Shown piece by piece: positions 41,403 to 50,341 of a DNA stretch of 64,000 bases. The stretch comes from a virus. A program made the position numbers and the translations under genes. Under the pieces are notes generated by a model, which saw only the letters and a program-made list of their open reading frames with translations, had not been told where the DNA came from and made no database searches. Each line of letters begins with the position of its first letter. Positions within the stretch are counted from its first letter, which is position 1. The stretch spans positions 11,104 to 75,103 of the IMG/VR virus record IMGVR_UViG_3300025949_000022. One strand, given 5' to 3'.

Positions 41403-41663
41403 GTGCAGTTTAAGATATTATTCATTTCAATTCATTTCATTATGGCAGCAACTAACATGATCTCCCTATCGGTTCAACAAATAGGGACAACACCACCATC
41501 AAAACTACATCGTATTGGGGTAGCCTCAATACTTGATGTGTTAGATTTTACAGACACTAATTTCCCATTTATTAAGTCTGTAGTCTTTACCAGTAATCCC
41601 GTTTTATCACGGTTATATGTTAACGAATCGGCATCCGCTATTGAGACAACAATTAACAGTTAA
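41403..41663 (+). CDS. Small hypothetical protein (likely start MAATN)
   Basis: Own TATCTTTA element at 41394-41401. Confidence 0.5.
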   Translation: MQFKILFISIHFIMAATNMISLSVQQIGTTPPSKLHRIGVASILDVLDFTDTNFPFIKSVVFTSNPVLSRLYVNESASAIETTINS

Positions 41664-41668
41664 AACAC

Positions 41669-42037
41669 TTATTCTCCCTCGCTGCCTGAATCGGCGGGGG
41701 GGTTTATTAAATCGCTCGGCACTTCAACTAAAACACCATAATAAACCTTGCTGTCTGTGAACCTGATATGTTCGATACTGCCAGTAGTTTCACCTACCGT
41801 AACCGTTTCTCCAATTTTGTACTTAGCTGGTAATTCCATTACATTCTTTTTATGTCCTAACATTGGGTTTTCAACTACAAATATATCGTTACTTTCAAAG
41901 TGTTTAATCTGCCCGTTACTATTTAAGCTAACTACCCAAATCGAATTTATATTTATTGAATAATCAATAACTAATAAAGCCCATCCTTTTCCCAATGGTG
42001 TTTTCACTTCGATAGGTGGATTGAGTTGGATAATCAT
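41669..42037 (-). CDS. Hypothetical phage protein
   Basis: QLNPPI.V.TP.G.G.A...IDY motif plus SH3-like tail. Confidence 0.55.
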   Translation of the reverse strand: MIIQLNPPIEVKTPLGKGWALLVIDYSININSIWVVSLNSNGQIKHFESNDIFVVENPMLGHKKNVMELPAKYKIGETVTVGETTGSIEHIRFTDSKVYYGVLVEVPSDLINPPADSGSEGE

Positions 42038-42744
42038 TTCCGCCGGTAAACCATAATGTGAATCACATTTGCTACGAACTCAAACTCTTTAGCTATGTCA
42101 GTCTGTAACCATTCATCTAAAGCCTTGCATACGGGTTCAATGCCTTGAAAGTAACCAAATGGCTGATGTGTTGAACAAGCGGCGTCATCAACGACTAAAA
42201 AGCCACCTGATTTCACCATTGGGGCGTAGGTAGTTAGGTCAGCAAGCGCACCTTCGTAACTGTGATCGCCGTCAATGTATGCCACATCGTATTCGCGCCT
42301 TGCGCGTTCAATTACCTCTTCGTCTGCAGAATATCCTTGCACTATCAGGGGTAGTTTAATATAAACAAGGTCGCTGTTAAACTTTTTGTAAATCGTGTTT
42401 AGATGCTCCCAATAATCATCGCCAGTCCACCCAGTTCCAACCCCGTTCATCGGAGAAACGCCCCACACGTTGGCAAATGGTTTTAGTTTTTGCCACAAGC
42501 TCAATGTAGCCCCTTTAAACACACCAACCTCTAACATATTCGGGTCGTCTGGCAACTCGTCACAAATAAGCTTCCATAACCACCAAAAGCTGCGTTCACC
42601 AAAGCCAAACACATTTTGCTCCACCCAATCGCGGTGTTCTTTAAGAACCGCGTCGGCATTTACCTTTTCGCAAAAGCTTTCATGTATCTGCTTATGGTAG
42701 TCGGGTTCGTCTACCCACGAATTTTTTAGGTCGGTTAGTGTCAT
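42034..42744 (-). CDS. Class I SAM methyltransferase (Methyltransf_24-like)
   Basis: LEVGVFKG, YIDGDHSY, VKSGGFLVVDD. Confidence 0.88.
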   Translation of the reverse strand: MTLTDLKNSWVDEPDYHKQIHESFCEKVNADAVLKEHRDWVEQNVFGFGERSFWWLWKLICDELPDDPNMLEVGVFKGATLSLWQKLKPFANVWGVSPMNGVGTGWTGDDYWEHLNTIYKKFNSDLVYIKLPLIVQGYSADEEVIERARREYDVAYIDGDHSYEGALADLTTYAPMVKSGGFLVVDDAACSTHQPFGYFQGIEPVCKALDEWLQTDIAKEFEFVANVIHIMVYRRK

Positions 42745-43163
42745 TTCTTTATCTCCCTTGTTATGATTTCTACTATTCGTTCCACATGTTCATTATAAAC
42801 ACCAACTGGATAAGACGGGTATTTGATTACTATAGAAATATCGTTAATCATTACGGCTATTTCAATCGGAAATCTTAGCTGTTCATTTATTTTTTGTGGT
42901 TTTTCTTTAAAGAGGCTCATAGCTTTATCAATTTTTCCCGTAAATGGTTTTAAATCCATCTTTTATATACCAAAACTTCCCGTCTTTATTAACTTTCATG
43001 TGCCTAATTTTATGCCGAAATGGAAATTTAAAATTCCAATAATATTCATAGTGGTAATCAAAATTTACAAATACATGCGTTGGTTCCTTAAATCCATATG
43101 GATTATTGTAAGCCATATCGTTAAACGGTAAATTCACGTAATGTCTATATGCTTCTTGCCAGT

Positions 43164-43832
43164 TCATAATTTCATTAAGTTATCAAGTTTCTCATCAACA
43201 GTGCGCCCATTTTTATGCACGAATATTGGTTCGTTGCCTAATATTTGGAGGCGTCCGTTTTCATACCCGTATTCGTTTTCGTGGATGAAAGAATGTGAGT
43301 TAAAAAGTATTTGGTTACAATCAATCTCAATAGGCCGGTATCTTTCCCTTTGGTCTTGCGTTAAATATACCATAGTTGCCCAAAGCTGGTCGTCATTTTC
43401 AAAATCAACAGGCAAAGAATCGATTAACACGATAAACCAGTCCGATTTGGCGTAATACAATCCACTATTTACAAATCTAAACGGAGAGGTATTATCTAAA
43501 TCGGGGGCGGCTTTGTAAAACTTATCAATTTGCGGAATTGGCCAGCATCCTTTTTCAGCACTGAATATCACGCGCGTATGAAAGTTAAATCCGTTTAGCT
43601 TCTCCCTAAACTCATCCTCGCCTCCAAGCGCCAGCACATCAAAAGCATCACAAAAAATAAACTCTGTAACATCAGGGTTGGATTTAAGATAATTGTACGT
43701 TTCGATAAGTTTAGTTCCGAAGCCTTTCCATTCTGCCTCTATCACTACGTAATCCCACTTATTAGCTACTAATGAGCGGATAAGTGGGCCTGCGTGTTGA
43801 GGGGAGTTGGTTACGGTTATTACTTTAAGCAT
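43164..43832 (-). CDS. PLOD/procollagen-type glycosyltransferase domain protein
   Basis: FCDAFDV, FSAEKGCWP, FVNSGLY, DDQLW, HKNG motifs. Confidence 0.85.
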   Translation of the reverse strand: MLKVITVTNSPQHAGPLIRSLVANKWDYVVIEAEWKGFGTKLIETYNYLKSNPDVTEFIFCDAFDVLALGGEDEFREKLNGFNFHTRVIFSAEKGCWPIPQIDKFYKAAPDLDNTSPFRFVNSGLYYAKSDWFIVLIDSLPVDFENDDQLWATMVYLTQDQRERYRPIEIDCNQILFNSHSFIHENEYGYENGRLQILGNEPIFVHKNGRTVDEKLDNLMKL

Positions 43833-43935
43833 AAAAGAATTATATCTATAATTTTAACTATGATTATGTAAAACACCATTAGCCCTACGTGATTATTAAG
43901 GTAGTTATTGAATATTCGCCAATAGTCAGGTTTAT

Positions 43936-44541
43936 TTACTTTTTCTGCCATAATCCCTTTTTTAAGCCCATTTTTACTTCAGTCCAGCCAAGTTGTTTAA
44001 ACAATTTTTGAACGGGCTTTATGTCTACGAAATCTTCTGTCACGTCATCTACGCAAATCGTTGCACCGCTATCCATGCGTTTATCAAACCAAGTAATTTC
44101 ATTATACAAAGCTGCGACCGTATGTGTTCCGTCCAAATGCACCATAGCATATTTATTACATCTTACAGATTCCAGTTCATATAATTCAACTCCGTGCGGG
44201 TACAAAAGAAAATATTCCGTATCTGTCATTCTCATTGGCATCCATTGCACGTTCTTATCTAACACATAAGCCGACATAGCTGCCATACAACGCTTTGCCA
44301 TGTCGTTTGTATAATCTAACCTGCACGGCCCATTTGGTTCGCGCCCAGTGTACAATATCGATCCGTACGGGTCTATTCCAATTACAGTACTTCCCGGCCG
44401 ATGTTCACAAGCGGCATCAACAATATATTTAGTCCCCATCCCCATGCGTACGCCAACCTCAACAAGTAAGCCCTCAACATCTTTCGATAACTCTACCGCT
44501 TCGGTTAAGAACTCATATTCACCACTGTCGCCTTCGATCAT
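43936..44541 (-). CDS. Class I SAM methyltransferase
   Basis: VEVGVR.G.GT, GIDPYG, VHLDGTH, CVDD. Confidence 0.8.
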   Translation of the reverse strand: MIEGDSGEYEFLTEAVELSKDVEGLLVEVGVRMGMGTKYIVDAACEHRPGSTVIGIDPYGSILYTGREPNGPCRLDYTNDMAKRCMAAMSAYVLDKNVQWMPMRMTDTEYFLLYPHGVELYELESVRCNKYAMVHLDGTHTVAALYNEITWFDKRMDSGATICVDDVTEDFVDIKPVQKLFKQLGWTEVKMGLKKGLWQKK

Positions 44542-45338
44542 AATTCAACTTTTAATGGTAGTGTTCCTTCAATATACCCCTTATGTAACTCATGGTATTT
44601 ACCCCAGGCAGCAGCAGCCAAACTTTCCTTAACCTGCGAATATTCTGTCCCGCCAACATCAATGTGGTCGATGTCTATATGTGGTAAAAACCCGTTCCAA
44701 AAGCCACCCAACAATGAACGCAAACTCATCAGTGTATCGTCAAAACCGTAAACACCGGCCTGAACAAAATAACCCACCGTATCAAGCAACCGCCAGTTCA
44801 ACATCGTACATGTTCCCATAACATCTCTTGATCTCTCAACCACTATCCAACGTTCGCCCGGTTCGTGCGGCAGCATCACAAATTCACTCCTAAAATCAGG
44901 GTCAGGATCATTAGGCGTCTGCCTTAAATCTTTACGCTTTAAACCCAAAACACCAATAGTATTATCGCGCTCAATAGCGGCCTCCATTTCATCAACCCAT
45001 CCCGTATAATTAATAACAACATCGTTGTCAATTTTTATGCAGTGTTCCGATGGCTTTCGCAACTTCAGGCCTTCGTTTATTCCGCGCGCTGTACCAATGT
45101 TTTCGGGTAGGGTAATAACAGTAGGTCTAATCACAGTCGGTTCCGGATATGTCCACACCATACCAAACACACAATCGCGCAATATTGCTTTTGTTACCTC
45201 GCAACTACCGTTATCAATCACCACTAATCTATGCTTATCCCAATCCACCGTTTTACGCAACCCCTCTAACGTGCGTTTCGTATATTCCGAACGTCCATTA
45301 TCCTCTGTATCGTGGCAACACATTATGATTAGTGACAT
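44538..45338 (-). CDS. GT2-family glycosyltransferase
   Basis: VVIDNGS, ENIG.A.G.N, KIDND, YGFDD. Confidence 0.88.
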   Translation of the reverse strand: MSLIIMCCHDTEDNGRSEYTKRTLEGLRKTVDWDKHRLVVIDNGSCEVTKAILRDCVFGMVWTYPEPTVIRPTVITLPENIGTARGINEGLKLRKPSEHCIKIDNDVVINYTGWVDEMEAAIERDNTIGVLGLKRKDLRQTPNDPDPDFRSEFVMLPHEPGERWIVVERSRDVMGTCTMLNWRLLDTVGYFVQAGVYGFDDTLMSLRSLLGGFWNGFLPHIDIDHIDVGGTEYSQVKESLAAAAWGKYHELHKGYIEGTLPLKVEL

Positions 45339-46184
45339 TTAGCCCCCTTTATATCAATATTATCTAAAATATATTTATCTATAGAAGCACAAATTCCTTC
45401 TGACTTATTCCATGGGACTTCTTTATTATTGGTGATATCCCATAACGCAAATTCTCCATTCGGCAATTCACGTTGACCAAATTTAAATGGACGGTCGCCA
45501 TAGGTCTGATTCTCATCGTCGCTATAATGATAATCTATGGTTATTACTTGCGTCATTTTTTAATAAACCCCGCCCATCCCCAATGTTAAGACAGCGCAAA
45601 CTAATCAGGACATACACGGGACGAACGGGAATATTTTAGTTAATTTTAATGCCCTGATCGATTAGTTTGCTTCCGTAAATCTACACTTTATTATTAACCA
45701 AAAAAAAGTTTTTTCACCGCATTTTTTTAACACCAACCCGTAATTATTTTATCGCAAATCGTTAATACGTTTTACTGAATTAAACAACAAGAATATTTCG
45801 CTTAGCACACTATTTAATGTCGATTTAAAAATGGGTTATGTTGTTGTTAGTAGGGGGTATGGGATGCGCTTAATTTTAAAACACTTTATGTAGTTGCAAT
45901 AGTGGGGTAGACGCCCACAGCCACCCCCACCAATTCTCCACAGAAAAACCACTTTACTGCGACCGGGTGGCCTTGATTATTTTGAAAAGCAATCCAACAA
46001 ACTAAAGGCTGTTTTAAAGCTAAGTAGGGGACCAAAAGCTATTTATTTAGATGGCTTATTCTTTCAGATAATAAACCTTATGTTAAGTAGCAACTTTGAC
46101 AGGCTTAAAATAGACTTGTTGTCACTCCCCTATCCTATCGCTTTTTAGCTATAAATAAATAATTAAAATATATTTACAATTAAA

Positions 46185-46215
46185 TTTGGTGGTATTAAAA
46201 TTAGTTGTATCTTTG
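46185..46215 (+). promoter_or_regulatory. Bacteroidota housekeeping sigma promoter (-33 TTTG / -7 TATCTTTG)
   Basis: Consensus match with 19-bp spacing upstream of 46290. Confidence 0.8.
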
Positions 46216-46289
46216 TTGTGTCGAAAGCAATAAAGCATAGATAATTAAACCCTGCTACAGGATAAGCAGCACAAAACACCTGATAAGCT

Positions 46290-46691
46290 ATGATTAGCAA
46301 AGCACAAGTTATCCGCAACAATAGCCAGTACAAAACATTAATCAACGCCGTTATTAATTCTTTAGGTGGCACAGATTACATTGAGGATGTTAATAGCTAT
46401 GGAATGTCAGGCGGCTTCCCCGGCTTCACTTATTATTCTGATACTCATAAATTCGCTATGAGATACCGTAAATTAATTGTTACTATGCTTGAAGATATGG
46501 CCGATCAGTTGGGAGAAGATGTCGTGTCAATGGTTTCCAACTTCGGGGTGTTCCGCAACTCACCAATGGATAAGGACGACAAGAAAGAGCTTTACCGCTA
46601 TTTAGGCGGAGGCAGAAACGCCCAATCAACTATTACTAATGTTATGGCGTGGTTTGCTGCTGAAGAAGTTTGCAGGATGTTTGAAGATTAA
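46290..46691 (+). CDS. Conserved phage early protein
   Basis: G.SGG..GF.YY.DT..F ... MAWFAAEEV motif. Confidence 0.6.
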   Translation: MISKAQVIRNNSQYKTLINAVINSLGGTDYIEDVNSYGMSGGFPGFTYYSDTHKFAMRYRKLIVTMLEDMADQLGEDVVSMVSNFGVFRNSPMDKDDKKELYRYLGGGRNAQSTITNVMAWFAAEEVCRMFED

Positions 46692-46760
46692 TCCATACTA
46701 ACATTAAAGCCAGCCCGACAGCCTCACCGCTTCGGGCTTTGGCGGCTATAAGAACTTACC

Positions 46761-46991
46761 ATGAACACAACAAACCCAAAGGGCGCAGGCCGTAAGACTT
46801 TACCAGCAGCGCGTAAGAAAGTCAAGTGTATTATATTCTTAATCCCATCGGAGATTGAAGCACTGGAGGCTAAATACGGATCCTTAACCCTCGCCATCCG
46901 TTCAGTCATTATCCAGGACAAGCCCGAAATACTTCCCATTCTTGACAAAATCATCGATTTATCAGCCGAATTAAAGGCTTTAATGAGTTAA
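46761..46991 (+). CDS. Small DNA-binding protein (RHH/AT-hook-like)
   Basis: KGAGRK followed by a beta-strand and helices. Confidence 0.55.
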   Translation: MNTTNPKGAGRKTLPAARKKVKCIIFLIPSEIEALEAKYGSLTLAIRSVIIQDKPEILPILDKIIDLSAELKALMS

Positions 46992-47012
46992 AATACCTTA
47001 CTTAGTGTATTG

Positions 47013-47036
47013 AGCGGCATAATAGCCGCTTTTTTT
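47013..47036 (+). terminator. Intrinsic terminator
   Basis: AGCGGC...GCCGCT followed by T6. Confidence 0.8.
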
Positions 47037-47167
47037 ATGTCCTTTATTTTCAAGCACTTAGTCTCATTTGATCACCGCTTAGATACCCTGACTTATTGTA
47101 TTGATTCATAATCAGACCTTTTCTGCCAAGATTAGGCCTTTTTTATGTAAAAAAATGTCGTATTTTT

Positions 47168-47560
47168 GTGTGTAGTATGGAAAAATTAGGGATAAATACC
47201 CTTCCCGCAGACGATTATTGTAACAATGTAATATTAATACCATTGGGTAAATATTTAACGTTGCCATTAGATAGAATTCGCGCATTTATACCTGAAAGGC
47301 GAGGATTTAGATCAAGTGCATGTTTAGACTTGCTGGTTATTATTAATTGTAATCCTCGTCTTGCTATTACACGCGTATCTTCTTTAATGCACAGTAATCC
47401 TTATAAGGCAATTAAAAATGTTGCTTACCTAATGTCATTAGGTTATGTTAGACAGATTGGTAAACCTCGTCTTATTATCCCTTTTCAGCGGTTTAAGATA
47501 GATAAGGGGTATGTTATTACTCAAAGTGGTATAAAAGTACTTCGGGAATTAATGTCTTGA
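47168..47560 (+). CDS. Winged-helix DNA-binding protein (putative)
   Basis: L...GYV....Y.IT.SG...L pattern. Confidence 0.5.
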   Translation: MCSMEKLGINTLPADDYCNNVILIPLGKYLTLPLDRIRAFIPERRGFRSSACLDLLVIINCNPRLAITRVSSLMHSNPYKAIKNVAYLMSLGYVRQIGKPRLIIPFQRFKIDKGYVITQSGIKVLRELMS

Positions 47561-47884
47561 TTAAGGGGCTTAAAATGCTATTTTGAATGTCTATTCTCTA
47601 TCGCTTGGTTATTTTTGGTCTTTTCTTTTTTTGATTAGCTTAAAGGGGTTCGTTTTTATCGGGGTTTCATACCGGTTATATCCTCAATTTCGGCTTCGAT
47701 AATACTTACTTTTACTACGATGGTGTTAATAAAAGCCTCTACGTTTTCAGGTAATAGATACCATACTTCATGAGCGGCCAATTTGGCTTTGTTTAATTGG
47801 TCGCGCTCTATTAATAGTTCTTCAAGTCTGTTCATGTTATTAATGGTTTAAAGGGGCTGTAATTTTAGGTTTTTATGGCGGTTT

Positions 47885-49243
47885 TTATAGCTCAAATCCG
47901 TCTGGGAACGGTGAAATACCTTGCAAATATTCTTGCCTGTCATATTTGGCCTCGTGCCAACCAAAATCCCAATTACTATGGCTTGTTGTTGCTAATTCAT
48001 ATGGGTTTTCAGATAGTGGTTTGCCATCGGCATACGCTTCGTATCCTTCCTGTAAGGCTTCGTCGTTTTTCATCCCTCCTTCCCCTCCTGTAGATTAAGC
48101 TGGTTGAGGAAGTCGCGGAGTTGTATTGCTTCGCCTAAGCTTGCCACGATATTATCGTTATTTTGTTTGATAATAAGCGATTGATGCTCATTGAATTTTA
48201 AACTGACAGGCATTCCATCTTTTTCAAATTCTATTACTATTTCAGTTTTCATAATTTTAAGTTAGTTGTTAACGGATGGTATTATTTAAGGTGGTGGGGG
48301 TTAGTTAAGATCGATTATGTGGCGCAACTTATCAGGGCCATTAGCTTCATCGTATCTAGCTTCTAAGATTGGGAATTGCTCAAAAGCCTCGTCAACTGAA
48401 TCAGCTCTTACATTTAACCATGATGAAATATTATCGATCTGCTTTTTAAGCCCGGCAATACTTGGATAGGCCCTTAGCTTTCCGCTTTTATCCCTTGCAA
48501 TGATGTACTTTTTCATTTTAAAGTGGTTTGGTTAGTTATTTTTTTTGATGTTATGTTCTCTTACTGCCAAATCCCCATGACTTTCAGGGTCTATGGGGTA
48601 GCATACATTCACCGTTGTAGCGGCTTCGATGCTGATATTGGCAGATTGCTAAGACTTAGCATAACTTATACAGTTTCTTTACTGGCCTTTTCTAATAATT
48701 TGCCATATTGAGTACCGAGGGTGAACATGAATTTTTCGTCCGGGCTTTCAAATATAAATTCGCTTTGGTTTGGTGATAACCTATTTTTCTTTACGATAAT
48801 ATCGGCGCCGGTTTCTTCTTCAAACATTTCAATTGCTTCTGAAAGCTTGGCTGCATAATTGTTGTTGAGGGTGATAATTACTGATGAGTTCATTTTTGCT
48901 AAGTTTTAAATTGTTAATATTCTCTTTTTACTGCCTTAACCTCAAGCCTTGTGAGCGTTGAGGTGGCAGACCCTGATACGTATCAGGGCAAATCAGAGTG
49001 TTTTAATATCCCTAAGTAGGTGCCTAAATTCTATTGTCCTTCGGCTATTTGAAGTAGTAGGCTTTCGCAATGCTCATTAATATAATGCTCACACCCCTCA
49101 AACGTTTCAGGATATTCAGGCACATCTTCCCACTCTGTTTCAGCCTCATTTTCCGACCAAATACCCTGTGTGAAAGCAATAAACTGCTCGTCTGTATCAA
49201 ACTCCCATTTTTCGTTGTCAATACTTGTTACTGTTATTTTCAT
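47885..49243 (-). CDS. Array of small early genes (47885-48073, 48070-48252, 48301-48516, 48666-48893, 49031-49243)
   Basis: 60-75 aa co-oriented ORFs with A-rich starts, several acidic. Confidence 0.65.
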
Positions 49244-49263
49244 TTTTGCTAAGTTTTAAATTG
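48889..49263. repeat. Two identical 25-bp direct repeats TTCATTTTTGCTAAGTTTTAAATTG (48889-48913, 49239-49263)
   Basis: Direct reading; each spans the start codon of a minus-strand gene. Confidence 0.9.
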
Positions 49264-49279
49264 CAATTTTAAATTCTTA

Positions 49280-49750
49280 TTATTTGTTTTCTAAAATAAC
49301 ATCTTGCCAATAGTTAGCGCCTTGTGGTGAATCACTAATGTAAAATGATGTTAAGATGGCCTCTTCTAAATCCCTTGCTGGATTTTTCCATTTGCTCTTA
49401 GCTGTATTGTCAAACGCGGCTATCCTTGCCTCTTGTGGCAGGGCTTCAAAAAAGTCGCGCACCATTGGAATTTTCTTTGCCTGAATATCATCTGGGTCGG
49501 CATCATAATAAGAGGAATCAAGGCCTTTAGAATCCGGTTTTGGGCTAAAAAAAATAACCAGCCCTTTATCGGACCTTTTTATTAAAACATCCGACCATTG
49601 CAGTGAATTTGACACTGTCAAAACATCCCCGTTTCCCATTTCTTTGGTAAAGCACCGGATAACACCATCGGGTAGGACAGATACATTTTCAGCCCCGAAG
49701 TTTTGTACTGCGAAATCATTTGTACAAACTGCATTTACATTTTCTTGCAT
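49280..49750 (-). CDS. Hypothetical protein, paralog of 28397..28840 (likely start MQENV)
   Basis: Closely similar C-terminal ~60 aa. Confidence 0.75.
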   Translation of the reverse strand: MQENVNAVCTNDFAVQNFGAENVSVLPDGVIRCFTKEMGNGDVLTVSNSLQWSDVLIKRSDKGLVIFFSPKPDSKGLDSSYYDADPDDIQAKKIPMVRDFFEALPQEARIAAFDNTAKSKWKNPARDLEEAILTSFYISDSPQGANYWQDVILENK

Positions 49751-49778
49751 AATACATTTTTTAATTTTAATCGACATT

Positions 49779-49828
49779 GATTAAGACCGCATTAGCGGTT
49801 TCGCTGAACTACAGCTCGTCAGTTAATC
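49779..49828 (-). ncRNA. Type I hammerhead ribozyme
   Basis: GAUUAA CUGACGA GCUG-UAGUU-CAGC GAAA CCGC-UAAU-GCGG UC|UUAAUC: full catalytic core and three perfect stems. Confidence 0.93.
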
Positions 49829-49840
49829 TTTTGTGTTTAG

Positions 49841-49927
49841 TTAAATAGTTAGCAATTGATAAACTGCGAATATTAATACTATTGTTGCGATTGCGCCGAT
49901 TAGTAATGATTTGTTTAGATTTTTCAT
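49841..49927 (-). CDS. 28-aa single-TM peptide MKNLNKSLLIGAIATIVLIFAVYQLLTI
   Basis: Manual translation; first ORF after a putative promoter, just upstream of the hammerhead. Confidence 0.6.
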   Translation of the reverse strand: MKNLNKSLLIGAIATIVLIFAVYQLLTI

Positions 49928-50046
49928 GTTTGATACGTTTTTTAATTTGCCTTGATTGACGATGTAAATATAAAGCGTTAAATTATCATTTCCAAATCTT
50001 TTTTCATTTATTTTATAATTTAAGTATTTATATTTACTTTTGGCCT

Positions 50047-50310
50047 ATGAACAACAGAGTATATGGCGTGTTTGCCGCTATAATCGATAACAATATTATA
50101 GTCATAGATTTTAATCTTAAAGACTTTTATAAGCAATTTGTGAATAAATGGTCTTGCTTTGATATGAATTATCAGGCGTTATACCGGCGTTTTAAAAAGT
50201 CGGATGCCTTTGAAATGGAACTTAGCGGGGTTGTTATTCATCTCCAGTGCATCATATTGAAGCCGCAAGCAAAGAGAAAAAAAGAAATTAAGCCTCGTAC
50301 TTATAAATAA
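50047..50310 (+). CDS. Small hypothetical protein, divergent from early operon
   Basis: ORF with TATATTTA element upstream. Confidence 0.5.
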   Translation: MNNRVYGVFAAIIDNNIIVIDFNLKDFYKQFVNKWSCFDMNYQALYRRFKKSDAFEMELSGVVIHLQCIILKPQAKRKKEIKPRTYK

Positions 50311-50341
50311 AAAAGCCGGGGTTATCCTTAAGTCCCCGGCT
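50309..50341 (-). terminator. Intrinsic terminator
   Basis: A6 GCCGGGG...CCCCGGC. Confidence 0.75.

Noticed and set aside
13272-45342. Many plus-strand ORFs nested in long minus-strand genes (for example 13959, 16920, 25198, 30000, 33066, 37875)
   Set aside because: Antisense shadow frames with no recognisable motifs
46705-46752. HDV-like or twister ribozyme call
   Set aside because: CAGCCUCACCGCU resembles HDV P3/L3, but P1, P2 and P3 cannot be built; twister core absent. Kept only as an unnamed structure
48523-48711. 62-aa plus-strand ORF
   Set aside because: Antisense to the operon and overlapping a structured element; likely spurious
48881-48890. CTGATGAG hammerhead-like core on the plus strand
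   Set aside because: No stem II/GAAA/stem III; antisense within a CDS
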